From an uncultured Armatimonadetes bacterium (GTDB lineage Bacteria > Armatimonadota > Hebobacteria > Hebobacterales > Hebobacteraceae), in contig OY970296.1 in the NCBI GenBank assembly GCA_963716175.1, positions 4,288,001-4,352,000 on the forward strand: a stretch of DNA of 64,000 bases, written 5' to 3'. The stretch's first letter is position 1; each line of letters opens with the position of its first letter. Positions 50,697 through 59,501 of the stretch are shown here, piece after piece. The translations under genes were made by a program, and so were the position numbers. Below the pieces are notes generated by a model. The model saw nothing but the letters and a program-made list of their open reading frames with translations. It made no database searches and was not told the origin of the DNA.

Positions 50697-51682
50697 CAGG
50701 ATACAGCATGCTGACGGTGTTGGAGCCACAGCCCCAGGACGGGTTCGTGGAGACCGATTATGTGCGCGCCATCATGGGCCGGGCGCAGCGCTACCTGGAG
50801 GCCGGTTTCCCGGTGCACTTTCGCGGCGGTTCGGGGACCGGCAAGACCACCTTCGCCATGCACCTGGCGCACCTGGTGGGCCGACCCATGGTGCTCATCC
50901 ACGGAGATGAGGAGTTCAGCACCTCGAATCTGATCGGAGGAGAGCACGGCTATCGGCTGCGCAAGGTGGTGGACAACTTCATCCACTCGGTGCTGAAGAC
51001 GGAGGAGAGTCTCACCCGGCAGTGGGTGGACAACCGGCTCACTCTGGTCTGCAAGTATGGCTTCACCCTGGTCTACGATGAGTTCACGCGCTCCCGCCCA
51101 GAGGCGAACAATGTCCTGCTGTCCGTTCTCCAAGAAGGGATCCTGGATCTGCCGCTGGCACGGGGGGAAGAGGGCTACCTCCGAGTGGCCCCAGGCTTCA
51201 AGGCCATCTTCACCTCCAACCCGGAGGAGTACGCAGGCACGCACAAGGCGCAGGACGCCCTGCGAGACCGGATGGTGACGCTCGACCTCGACCACTTCGA
51301 CCGAGAGACTGAGATCGCCATCACCCACGCCAGGTCTCACCTCCCGCGAGAGGATGTGGAGCCGATCGTTGACCTGGTGAGGGCCTTTCGAGAGAGAGGC
51401 AGGTACGAGTTCTCCCCGACCGTGCGCGCGCCCATCATGATCGCCAAGGTCATCAGAGTGCGAGGGGCGGCCGTGCACCGAGAAGACGCGTTCTTCCGCG
51501 ATATCTGCCTGGATGTGCTCTCTTCAGAGAGCAGCCGCAGCGGAGTGGGCCGGGACGGGAAGGAAACCCGCATGCTGATCGAGAGCCTGATCGAGGAGCT
51601 ATGCCGGCGGCCAGCGGGAGAGCGGCCGCCACGCAGCCAGATGCCTGTTGCGGCTGATTTCGCGGCCGTGCAGATGGGATGA
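50693..51682 (+). CDS. gvpN: Gas vesicle AAA ATPase GvpN
   Basis: GGSGTGKT, VVDNFIHSV, WVDNRLT, YDEFTRSRPEANN, TSNPEEYAG. Confidence 0.95.
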   Translation: MTGYSMLTVLEPQPQDGFVETDYVRAIMGRAQRYLEAGFPVHFRGGSGTGKTTFAMHLAHLVGRPMVLIHGDEEFSTSNLIGGEHGYRLRKVVDNFIHSVLKTEESLTRQWVDNRLTLVCKYGFTLVYDEFTRSRPEANNVLLSVLQEGILDLPLARGEEGYLRVAPGFKAIFTSNPEEYAGTHKAQDALRDRMVTLDLDHFDRETEIAITHARSHLPREDVEPIVDLVRAFRERGRYEFSPTVRAPIMIAKVIRVRGAAVHREDAFFRDICLDVLSSESSRSGVGRDGKETRMLIESLIEELCRRPAGERPPRSQMPVAADFAAVQMG

Positions 51683-51701
51683 GATCGAAGGAGATGGGCA
51701 G

Positions 51702-51980
51702 ATGAGTGTGGCTGAAGTCACTCAGGCCGCGGTGAAGTTCTTCCAGGAAGTGATGGGCAAAGCCGGGAGAGTGATCGCGGTGGAACCCGACGGGGAGGGA
51801 CAGCGGGTGCTGGTGGAGGTGGTGGAGGAGAGCGAGTATGTGCGACGGCTCGGCAAGAGCGAGATTCTGGGCGTCTATGAAGTGCACATGGATCGCAACC
51901 TGAACGTGACCTCCTACTCGCGCATCGGGCTGAGGGACAGGGCCGCCGGGCAGATGATTGGGACGAGCGTGAGTGGCTAG
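51702..51980 (+). CDS. gvpO: Gas vesicle protein GvpO/R
   Basis: VEVVEE....ILGVYEV.MD....SY.R pattern. Confidence 0.75.
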   Translation: MSVAEVTQAAVKFFQEVMGKAGRVIAVEPDGEGQRVLVEVVEESEYVRRLGKSEILGVYEVHMDRNLNVTSYSRIGLRDRAAGQMIGTSVSG

Positions 51981-52093
51981 GCCTACGGCCGCCATGTCCC
52001 TAGGCCTGAAGGCCGGGATGGCGGCCCGCCGAAGGCGGGCCTAGCCAGCGGTCGGCTCTGGCGACCTAGCCGCTAGCGCGAAAGGAGACGTCA

Positions 52094-52393
52094 GTGTTTC
52101 ACATTTCGCATTCGGCCGGCATGCGCACCAGCCTGCGCCAGCAACTGCATTCCCTCCCGCCCAGCCATCGCTCTCCCTATCTGGAGGGCCACATGCTGGC
52201 CAAGCAGAAGGAACGTCTCGAGAAGGAGCTGTGTCAGCTCGAGCACCGATGCCACCAGTGGCGGCTGCGCCTGGCCGACATCGCTGCCAAGCTGGAAGCT
52301 CTGTCCGAGCGGCAGTTGAGTGCGGCGGCCTCGCCTGCTCCAGGTGGAACAGGCCCCACCGCACACGTCGCCAGCATGACCATCGAATACTGA
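52094..52393 (+). CDS. GvpV-like coiled-coil protein
   Basis: YLE..MLAKQKERLEKEL..L..R coiled coil and C-terminal TIEY, as in cyanobacterial GvpV. Confidence 0.6.
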   Translation: MFHISHSAGMRTSLRQQLHSLPPSHRSPYLEGHMLAKQKERLEKELCQLEHRCHQWRLRLADIAAKLEALSERQLSAAASPAPGGTGPTAHVASMTIEY

Positions 52394-52460
52394 TCCTAGT
52401 CTGCGAAGTGGCGAGGTAGCCTCGCCACCCGGCGAGGAAGCACGAGCTGCGAGGAGCGTC

Positions 52461-53015
52461 ATGGCTAGACAGGGGCGAAAGCGCCGAGACCGAGACGAAG
52501 ACGAAGGAGATCGCGCCCGCGTAAGCGTGGACCTCGGCCTTGGAGGGATCTTCAAGGGGTTGGGCAGCTTCATCGAGCTGCTCGGCGAGATGGCGGAGAA
52601 GGGCGAGAGCGAGGTGACTCGCACCGGCGAAGCGAGGGGCCCGGGCCGCACCAGGGCGATGTACGGTTTCACCGTCAAGATCGGGGACGGAGGTGCGCCC
52701 CGGGTCGAGCGCTTCGGCAACGTTCGGGACACGAGCATGGGGGCAGTGGTGGAAGAGGTGCGGGAACCCATGGTGGACGTGTTTGACGAGGGGAACGAGG
52801 TGGTGGTGATTGTGGAGATTCCCGGAGTGGACGAGGGCGACGTCCAGTTGGAGGTGAGAGACGATATCCTGCTGCTCGCGGCCAGCCATGGAGACCGCAA
52901 ATACAGCAAAGAGGTGCTGCTGCCCTGCGCGGTGCAGCCGGACAGCATGAAGCGCAGCTATCACAACGGCGTGGCTGAGATCCGGCTGGCCAAAGCCACT
53001 CCGGAGAAGGTCTAG
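52461..53015 (+). CDS. Hsp20/alpha-crystallin protein (GvpH-like)
   Basis: LGGIFKGLG, YGFTVK, REPMVDVFDE..EIPGV, YHNGVAEI. Confidence 0.85.
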   Translation: MARQGRKRRDRDEDEGDRARVSVDLGLGGIFKGLGSFIELLGEMAEKGESEVTRTGEARGPGRTRAMYGFTVKIGDGGAPRVERFGNVRDTSMGAVVEEVREPMVDVFDEGNEVVVIVEIPGVDEGDVQLEVRDDILLLAASHGDRKYSKEVLLPCAVQPDSMKRSYHNGVAEIRLAKATPEKV

Positions 53016-53041
53016 GTCAGGCTCCCCGAGATTGGACCTGA

Positions 53042-55255
53042 GTGAAGAGAACCGACGAGAAAAATGCCGGAAGGGTGCCTAAGGCGATCAGCTTGCGAGC
53101 CGCGGAAGCGCTCAGCAAAGACGTAGGGCGAGGCCTGGCGCGAGTTGACCCTGCGGACATGGAGCGGCTCGGGGCGCAGGTCGGCGACGTCATCCTGATC
53201 ACTGGAAAACGGAAGACCGCGGTGCGGGTAATGCCTGCCTACGCGGAGCACCGGGGCAAAGGGCTGGTGCAGATTGACGGCATCACCCGGGAGAACGCCC
53301 AAATGGGGCTGGACGAGAAGGCGATCCTCGAAAAAACCACCAGCCAACCCGCCCGGAGTCTGGTGCTATCTCCCGTGGGCGACTTGGGGGCGCTGCGCGG
53401 CGAGAACGACAGCCGGTACCTCGGGCGGCTGCTGGAGGGACTGGCGGTAATGGCGGGAGACCGCGTGCGCGCCACTCTGTTCGGCGCTCGCTCTCAGGAC
53501 TTCCAGGCCGTGGAGACGAGCCCACGCGGGGTGGTGCTGATGCACCCCGAGACCACGATCAAGATCCGAGATGAGAAGGCGGCGCAGAAAAGGCCCGGGG
53601 TCACCTACGAAGACATAGGCGGGCTTCACAAAGAGATCCAGCGGGTGCGAGAGATGATCGAGCTGCCGCTGAAGTACCCCGAGCTCTTCGAAAAGTTGGG
53701 CATCGAGCCGCCCAAGGGCGTGCTCCTGCACGGCCCTCCGGGAACCGGGAAGACCCTGATCGCCCGCGCCGTGGCGAACGAAACCGACGCCCACTTCGTG
53801 GCGGTGAATGGGCCGGAGGTGATCCACAAGTTCTATGGCGAGAGCGAGGCCAGGCTGCGGGGCGTGTTCGAGGAGGCGGCTCGCCATTCTCCCAGCATCA
53901 TCTTCCTGGACGAGATTGATGCCATCGCGCCCAAGCGGGCCGAGGTCACCGGGGAGGTGGAGAAGCGCGTCGTCGCCCAACTGCTGGCCCTGATGGACGG
54001 GCTGGAGCAGAGAGGGCAAGTGATCGTGATCGGGGCCACCAATATCCCTGACAGCCTCGATCCGGCGCTGCGTCGGCCCGGGCGGTTTGACCGGGAGATC
54101 GCGGTCAGCATCCCGGATAAGGAGGGCCGGCTGCACATTCTCCAGATCCACACCCGCGGCATGCCGCTGAACGCAGATGTGGACCTGGAACGAATCGCCT
54201 CCATCACCCACGGGTATGTGGGCGCCGACCTGGCCGCGCTCTGCCGGGAAGCGGCCATGGTCTGCCTGCGCGATCTCCTGCCCCAGGTTGACTTCGAGCT
54301 TGAGACCGTGCCATACGAAGCAATCGCCAGCCTGGAGGTGACCTCCAGGCATTTCAGCGACGCGCTCAAGGAGGTGGAGCCATCAGCAATCCGGGAAGTG
54401 CTGGTGGAAGTGCCCAATGTGCTCTGGGACCAGATCGGGGGCCTGGCGGAGGCGAAGCGCGAGCTGCGGGAGGCGGTGGAATGGCCTCTGAAGCACCGCG
54501 GGCTCCTGGACCTCGCCGGTATTGACCAGCCCCGCGGGATCCTCCTCCACGGTCCTGCTGGCACCGGCAAGACGCTGCTGGCGAAGGCGGCGGCAACCGA
54601 GAGCGAGGCGAACTTCATCTCTGTGAAGGGCCCGGCGCTGCTCTCCAAATGGGTGGGGGAATCAGAGAAAGGAGTGCGGGAGACTTTCCGCAAGGCTCGC
54701 CAGGTTGCGCCCTGCATCGTCTTCTTCGATGAGATTGACGCCATTGCTCCGCGGCGAGGCTCCGGGGGAGACTCGCACGTCAGCGAGCGCGTGGTGAGCC
54801 AACTGCTCACCGAGATGGACGGGATCGAGGAGATCAAGGGCGTGCTGGTGCTGGCCGCCACCAATCGCCTCGACATCGTGGATCCCGCGCTGCTGAGGCC
54901 GGGCCGGTTCGATTCGCTGATCGCCCTCACGAGGCCTGACCGCGAGTCGCGTCGGGAAATCCTGCGCGTGCACGCAGGCGGCCTGCCAACTGCCGAGGAC
55001 GTCGAGCTGGACTCGCTCGCCGATGAGATGGAGGGATTCTCCGGGTCTGACATCGCAGCGACCTGCAAGAAGGCAGCCACGCTGGCGATCCGAGACTTCC
55101 TGGCAGTCCACGGGGACGAGATCCGCGAGTACAGGGGCTTCGGCATTTCTCGTCACCACTTCCAGGAGGCGGTGGCGACGATGCGGACACGGATCATGCA
55201 GACGGAGACGGGGGAGCTGGCATGGGGCGAAGCGCGAAGCGCATCTTCTGCATAA
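53042..55255 (+). CDS. CDC48/VCP-family double AAA ATPase
   Basis: N-domain DVGRGLAR; two AAA modules ([13 protein letters not shown]; [13 protein letters not shown]), RRPGRFD. Confidence 0.95.
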   Translation: MKRTDEKNAGRVPKAISLRAAEALSKDVGRGLARVDPADMERLGAQVGDVILITGKRKTAVRVMPAYAEHRGKGLVQIDGITRENAQMGLDEKAILEKTTSQPARSLVLSPVGDLGALRGENDSRYLGRLLEGLAVMAGDRVRATLFGARSQDFQAVETSPRGVVLMHPETTIKIRDEKAAQKRPGVTYEDIGGLHKEIQRVREMIELPLKYPELFEKLGIEPPKGVLLHGPPGTGKTLIARAVANETDAHFVAVNGPEVIHKFYGESEARLRGVFEEAARHSPSIIFLDEIDAIAPKRAEVTGEVEKRVVAQLLALMDGLEQRGQVIVIGATNIPDSLDPALRRPGRFDREIAVSIPDKEGRLHILQIHTRGMPLNADVDLERIASITHGYVGADLAALCREAAMVCLRDLLPQVDFELETVPYEAIASLEVTSRHFSDALKEVEPSAIREVLVEVPNVLWDQIGGLAEAKRELREAVEWPLKHRGLLDLAGIDQPRGILLHGPAGTGKTLLAKAAATESEANFISVKGPALLSKWVGESEKGVRETFRKARQVAPCIVFFDEIDAIAPRRGSGGDSHVSERVVSQLLTEMDGIEEIKGVLVLAATNRLDIVDPALLRPGRFDSLIALTRPDRESRREILRVHAGGLPTAEDVELDSLADEMEGFSGSDIAATCKKAATLAIRDFLAVHGDEIREYRGFGISRHHFQEAVATMRTRIMQTETGELAWGEARSASSA

Positions 55256-55992
55256 CCGAATCCGGCCCGCTGACCGGGGTCGCCGAGGGCGGTATTCACG
55301 CCATCAGGTGTGGCGACCTCGCGGCCGTGGTTCGGGATGCCGTCTCGCAGGGCGCTCCACCCACCCGGCAGGACTTAGTGGAACATCTGCGAGTGATCGA
55401 GCAGGTGATGGCGCGCCAGACCGTTGTCCCGGTGGCGTTCGGCACAACCGCGGCCAGCGAGGAGGAAGTACGCAACTCCCTGCTGGTTCCGCGCTATGAC
55501 TGGCTGAGGAGCCTTCTCGATCACCTGAGGGGAAAGGTCGAACTGGGCCTGAAGGTGATGTGGCGAGACCTGGCCCCGGTGCTGGCGGAGATTGTCGCCG
55601 AGCGCGAGGACATTGGCACCTTGCGAGCGTGGATCGCGGCGCGACCTGGGCCCAGCACCTACCAACAGAGAGTGAGAATCGGCCAAATGGTGGCCGAGGC
55701 GCTGGATGACAGACGAGCCAGGGAGACGGACGCGATCATGGCGACCCTGGCACCACTGGCAACCGAGACCCGCGCCGGAAAGCTGCTGGGAGACAAGATG
55801 ATCCTTAACGCCGCCTTTCTGGTGGAGAGAGAACGAGAGCCGGAGTTCGATCAGGGCGTAGCCCGCCTGGGCGAGGACCGCGGCGACAGGCTGGTGATTC
55901 GGTACGTGGGCCCGGAGCCTCCCTTCAGTTTCGTAGACCTAAACGGGATCGTCTCGGCGTCGCGCGACACGGCCTTGCCGGCCTTGCGCTGA
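55222..55992 (+). CDS. gvpF: Gas vesicle protein GvpF/L family
   Basis: H..VIE.VM...TVVPVAFG, ELGLKV, LNAAFLV, GPEPPFSF. Confidence 0.85.
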   Translation: MGRSAKRIFCITESGPLTGVAEGGIHAIRCGDLAAVVRDAVSQGAPPTRQDLVEHLRVIEQVMARQTVVPVAFGTTAASEEEVRNSLLVPRYDWLRSLLDHLRGKVELGLKVMWRDLAPVLAEIVAEREDIGTLRAWIAARPGPSTYQQRVRIGQMVAEALDDRRARETDAIMATLAPLATETRAGKLLGDKMILNAAFLVEREREPEFDQGVARLGEDRGDRLVIRYVGPEPPFSFVDLNGIVSASRDTALPALR

Positions 55993-56032
55993 TTGTGCTG
56001 CTCGCAGCAGCAGAGAGAGATCGGTGGGAAGC

Positions 56033-56281
56033 ATGGGACTGCTGGGTATGCTGGCGGGTCTTCCTCTCGCCCCGGTCAGGGGCGTGGCGGCGCTGGCGCG
56101 CCACCTTCAGCAGCAGGCCGAGCGGGAGTGGGAGGACGAACTCGCCGAACTCCAGGCCATGCTGCTGGAACTCGAGTTGACGCAGGCCGGCGAAGAAGAG
56201 GAGCTGGCCAGCAAGGAGGCCGAACTGCTGGCAAAGGTAGCGGCATTGGCGGGGGCCCGCGCGAGGGTCGAAGACACATGA
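56033..56281 (+). CDS. gvpG: Gas vesicle protein GvpG
   Basis: GLL..LPLAPVRGV..LA..L..QAERE, acidic C-terminus. Confidence 0.8.
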   Translation: MGLLGMLAGLPLAPVRGVAALARHLQQQAEREWEDELAELQAMLLELELTQAGEEEELASKEAELLAKVAALAGARARVEDT

Positions 56282-57069
56282 CGCGCGCAGCGGAGACGAG
56301 CGGCATCTACGTATACTGCATCACCGAAGGCAGACCAGTGACGCTGCCCCGAGACGCACATCCACTGCGGCGCGTTTACGCGATCGCCAGGGATGATTTG
56401 GTCGCCGTGGTCAGCGAAGTGCCTCTGGACGAGTTCGGCGAACATGCGCTGAGCGGGCGCTTGCAGGATGCATCTTGGCTGGAGCGGGAGGCACGAGCCC
56501 ACGAACGAGTGGTCGAGCACGTGATGCGGGGCCGAACAGTGCTGCCGATGAAGCTCTGCACCATCTTCCGCGGCGAAGAACGGGTGCGGGAGCTGCTCGA
56601 GACCCACCGCGCCGAGTTCCGTCAGACTCTGGCGCGGCTGCGAGGCCGAGAGGAGTGGGAGATGAGGATGTACCAGGAGCTGGTTCCGCCGGCTGGCGCC
56701 CGGCCGCGCAGACCGGCCCCGCCCGTCTCGGGGAGCGCGTACCTCAGGCAGAAGGCGGCGGCGCAGGCCGCCACCGCAAAGGCCGCGACCGAGGCCCGCT
56801 GCCAGGCGGAGCAAGCGTTCGCGATAGTGGCAGAATGCGCGGACGAGATCCAGCTCAAGCCCGTGGCCGCGACCTCCTCGCCGACGGCCCCCAGGCTGAT
56901 CCTGGATGCAGTCTGCCTGCTCGCGAAAGTGCAGGTTCCGGTTCTCCGCCGGCAGTTGGAGAGCCTGGGGAAGGAACTCGCGGACAAAGGAACGCGCTTT
57001 CAGCTAGTCGGTCCCTGGCCCCCCTACCATTTCGCCGGAGAGGTGCAAGAGTATGTCGCTCTATCCTAG
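56278..57069 (+). CDS. gvpL: Gas vesicle protein GvpL/F family
   Basis: YVYCI, AHERVV...TVLPMK, SGSAYL, GPWPPYHF. Confidence 0.85.
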   Translation: MTRAAETSGIYVYCITEGRPVTLPRDAHPLRRVYAIARDDLVAVVSEVPLDEFGEHALSGRLQDASWLEREARAHERVVEHVMRGRTVLPMKLCTIFRGEERVRELLETHRAEFRQTLARLRGREEWEMRMYQELVPPAGARPRRPAPPVSGSAYLRQKAAAQAATAKAATEARCQAEQAFAIVAECADEIQLKPVAATSSPTAPRLILDAVCLLAKVQVPVLRRQLESLGKELADKGTRFQLVGPWPPYHFAGEVQEYVALS

Positions 57070-57661
57070 CCCGGCGGAAATGGAGGAGGTGAGCCTCCTC
57101 GATGTGGTGGACACAGCCCTGGACAAAGGCATCGTGCTCCAGGGGGATGCCACGATTTCGGTGGCCGACGTGGACCTGGTGTTTCTGGGTCTCAGACTGG
57201 TGCTGGCCTCTGTTGACACCGTGGACCGTGGTAGGAGCTTGCGCTCCTGCCCAACCACGACAGGGACAGGCGGCGGCCGCCGAAAGCGTGCTCCGAAGGG
57301 CCAACTGCCGGTAGCAGTGCCGTCACGAACAGACCACGCGCCTCTTCATATCGCCGCCGAGCGCGAACCAGCCGCGAAAGCCGACACCTCCGCCAGGGCC
57401 GGCGAAGCATTGGCCGACGCCGATAAGATGGAACAGGGGTTGGCCAAACTGGTGCTCACGATAGTCGAGCTGCTGCGGCAGCTGCTGGAAAGACAGGCGC
57501 TGCGGAGGATGGCGCGGGGCTCGCTCAGCGACGACGAAATCGAGCGGATGGGCACCACTTTCCAGCGCCTGGAGGAGAAAATGGGGGAGCTGAAGCGGGT
57601 GTTCGGCCTGAAGGGAGAGGAGCTGAGCCTGAATCTCGGGCCGCTGGGGAACCTGATGTGA
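57053..57661 (+). CDS. gvpK: GvpJ/S-like plus GvpK fusion protein
   Basis: N: LLDVVDTALDKGIVLQGD..VADVDL; C: GLAKLVLTIVELLRQLLERQALRRM..LGPLG. Confidence 0.85.
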   Translation: MSLYPSPAEMEEVSLLDVVDTALDKGIVLQGDATISVADVDLVFLGLRLVLASVDTVDRGRSLRSCPTTTGTGGGRRKRAPKGQLPVAVPSRTDHAPLHIAAEREPAAKADTSARAGEALADADKMEQGLAKLVLTIVELLRQLLERQALRRMARGSLSDDEIERMGTTFQRLEEKMGELKRVFGLKGEELSLNLGPLGNLM

Positions 57662-57708
57662 CAGGCAGGAGGGCGGACCGCCCGCTCTGAGCTTTGGAGA
57701 GGAAGACC

Positions 57709-58005
57709 ATGCCGAATGGCTACGGTGCCCAGATCGTGCATCCCACGCACGCCACGAACCTGGCCGAGATCCTGGAGCGGGTGCTCGACAAGGGGATTGT
57801 GATCGCCGGCGACATCAGCATCTCTCTGGCCGACATCGAGCTGCTCAAGATCAGGCTGCGCCTGTTGGTGGCATCGGTGGACAAGGCCAAGGAGATGGGG
57901 ATAGATTGGTGGGAGCATGACCCAGCTCTCTCCTCTCGCGCCCGGCCGAGCAAGCGACGCAGCCGCAGCACCCGTCGCGCGCTGCCGACTGATACCACGG
58001 TGTAG
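57709..58005 (+). CDS. gvpJ: Gas vesicle protein GvpJ
   Basis: LAEILERVLDKGIVIAGDI..IELL..ASVDKAKEMGIDWW. Confidence 0.9.
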   Translation: MPNGYGAQIVHPTHATNLAEILERVLDKGIVIAGDISISLADIELLKIRLRLLVASVDKAKEMGIDWWEHDPALSSRARPSKRRSRSTRRALPTDTTV

Positions 58006-58089
58006 CAGCGCAATCACCAGGGCATCCATGGTCTGGCTGTTGTCAGCAAACGTATCTGTGTGGCGGCCGCCAGATGAGCTGGCCCACCA

Positions 58090-59418
58090 CTAGTTTCGCG
58101 ATCGCCGCCTGCCCCTCCGAAACTGAGGGAGCAGGTCGCGGTGCACTCTCAGGTAGTCCGCGAGAATCCCCTTGGCCTGCTCGATATCGCTGATCATGGG
58201 GTCCATGAGCAGAGCGTGGAGAGCGATCTTGGCATCGCCGGTGGCGGCGGCCTGCACCGCCAGCTCAGCCACCGCGATCTGGCGGCGGCAGAGCTCGGCC
58301 ATGGGCTCTGGCAGCTCGCCGAGCGACACACCGCGGATGCCCATGGCGCTGACCACCGCGGGCACCTCGATGATCGCGCCCTGGGGCAGATTAGGCACGT
58401 AGCCTTCGTTCGGGATGTTCAGCGCCAGCTCGTAGCTATTCTGGTTGTTGGCGATCGCCGCCGCCACGGCCACCGCTCTTTCGCCGGAGCCTTCCCGGTA
58501 CTCGTCGAGGGGCGCGGTCCCCGCCGCGATGTCGCTCAACCGCTGCTGCTCCCTCTCGAGGTGCCTTCGGCGCCGATCCGAGGCGAAACGCGGCGGATTG
58601 AGGTGGTACTTCTCCCAGGGCTTGGTCCGTGGGTCAGTCACCCAGGGCAGGTATTCTGCGATATGGGAATCTCCGCACATCGGGTAGAGGCCGAACTCGG
58701 CGAAGATATCCCGGGTCAAGGGATGGAAGTTCTCCGGCCAGGACTTGATCCGCCGCCTGAGAGCCGGATACAGATCTTCCCCTCCGGGCTTGCGCCTGAG
58801 GTCCAGCACCCAGGTGAAGTGGTTGAGGCCGGCGGCCTTGATGTCCAGCTCTTCTGGCGGCAGGCCGAGCACGTGACCCATGTCCTCGGCGCCAAGGCCG
58901 ATGCCGTGGCAGAAGCCACAGGCTTTGACCCCACCGTACTTATGGGCCGCGAGCGCAATCCTGGGCACGGGATTCGTGTAGTTGAAGAACCAGGCGTCTG
59001 GGCAGAGCTTGCGCATGTCCTCGCAGATCGCCATCACGGGCGCGATGTTGCGCGCGGCGTGGGCGAAGCCGGCAGGGCCGCCGTTCTCGCTGAACGGCTG
59101 TCGCAGGCCATGCTTGAGGGGGATCTCGAAATCCAACTGCCAGCGCTCCATGCGCTGCACCTCAATCGCCACGATCACGAAATCCGCGTCCGGCAGGGCG
59201 CGCTTGCGGTCAACGGTGGCCTCGATCGTCATGTCGCTGCCCCACTCCGCGTTCATGCGCTCGGCCACCCGCCGCACCAGGCGGAGAGACTCTGCATCAA
59301 TGTCCACCAGCGAAAGGGTTCCCCCTTTCAGGTCGGGGTTGGCCAGCACGTCGGCCACCGTCCAGGCCCCGAAGTCCAGGCTCCCTGCTCCGATCACCAC
59401 TACCTTGGTCGCTTTCAT
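58090..59418 (-). CDS. GH4 family glycosidase (alpha-galactosidase-like)
   Basis: IGAGSLDFG, ENGGPAG, NYTNP, GFCHG, AGLNHF, DSHIAEY. Confidence 0.92.
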   Translation of the reverse strand: MKATKVVVIGAGSLDFGAWTVADVLANPDLKGGTLSLVDIDAESLRLVRRVAERMNAEWGSDMTIEATVDRKRALPDADFVIVAIEVQRMERWQLDFEIPLKHGLRQPFSENGGPAGFAHAARNIAPVMAICEDMRKLCPDAWFFNYTNPVPRIALAAHKYGGVKACGFCHGIGLGAEDMGHVLGLPPEELDIKAAGLNHFTWVLDLRRKPGGEDLYPALRRRIKSWPENFHPLTRDIFAEFGLYPMCGDSHIAEYLPWVTDPRTKPWEKYHLNPPRFASDRRRRHLEREQQRLSDIAAGTAPLDEYREGSGERAVAVAAAIANNQNSYELALNIPNEGYVPNLPQGAIIEVPAVVSAMGIRGVSLGELPEPMAELCRRQIAVAELAVQAAATGDAKIALHALLMDPMISDIEQAKGILADYLRVHRDLLPQFRRGRRRSRN

Positions 59419-59501
59419 GCCTCTTCTCCTAACATGGTTGAACCCGCGGGCCCGCCCGCGGGGCCCGTCGCAGCGTACCTGCCGAATCTCTTTCGCAATG
59501 G

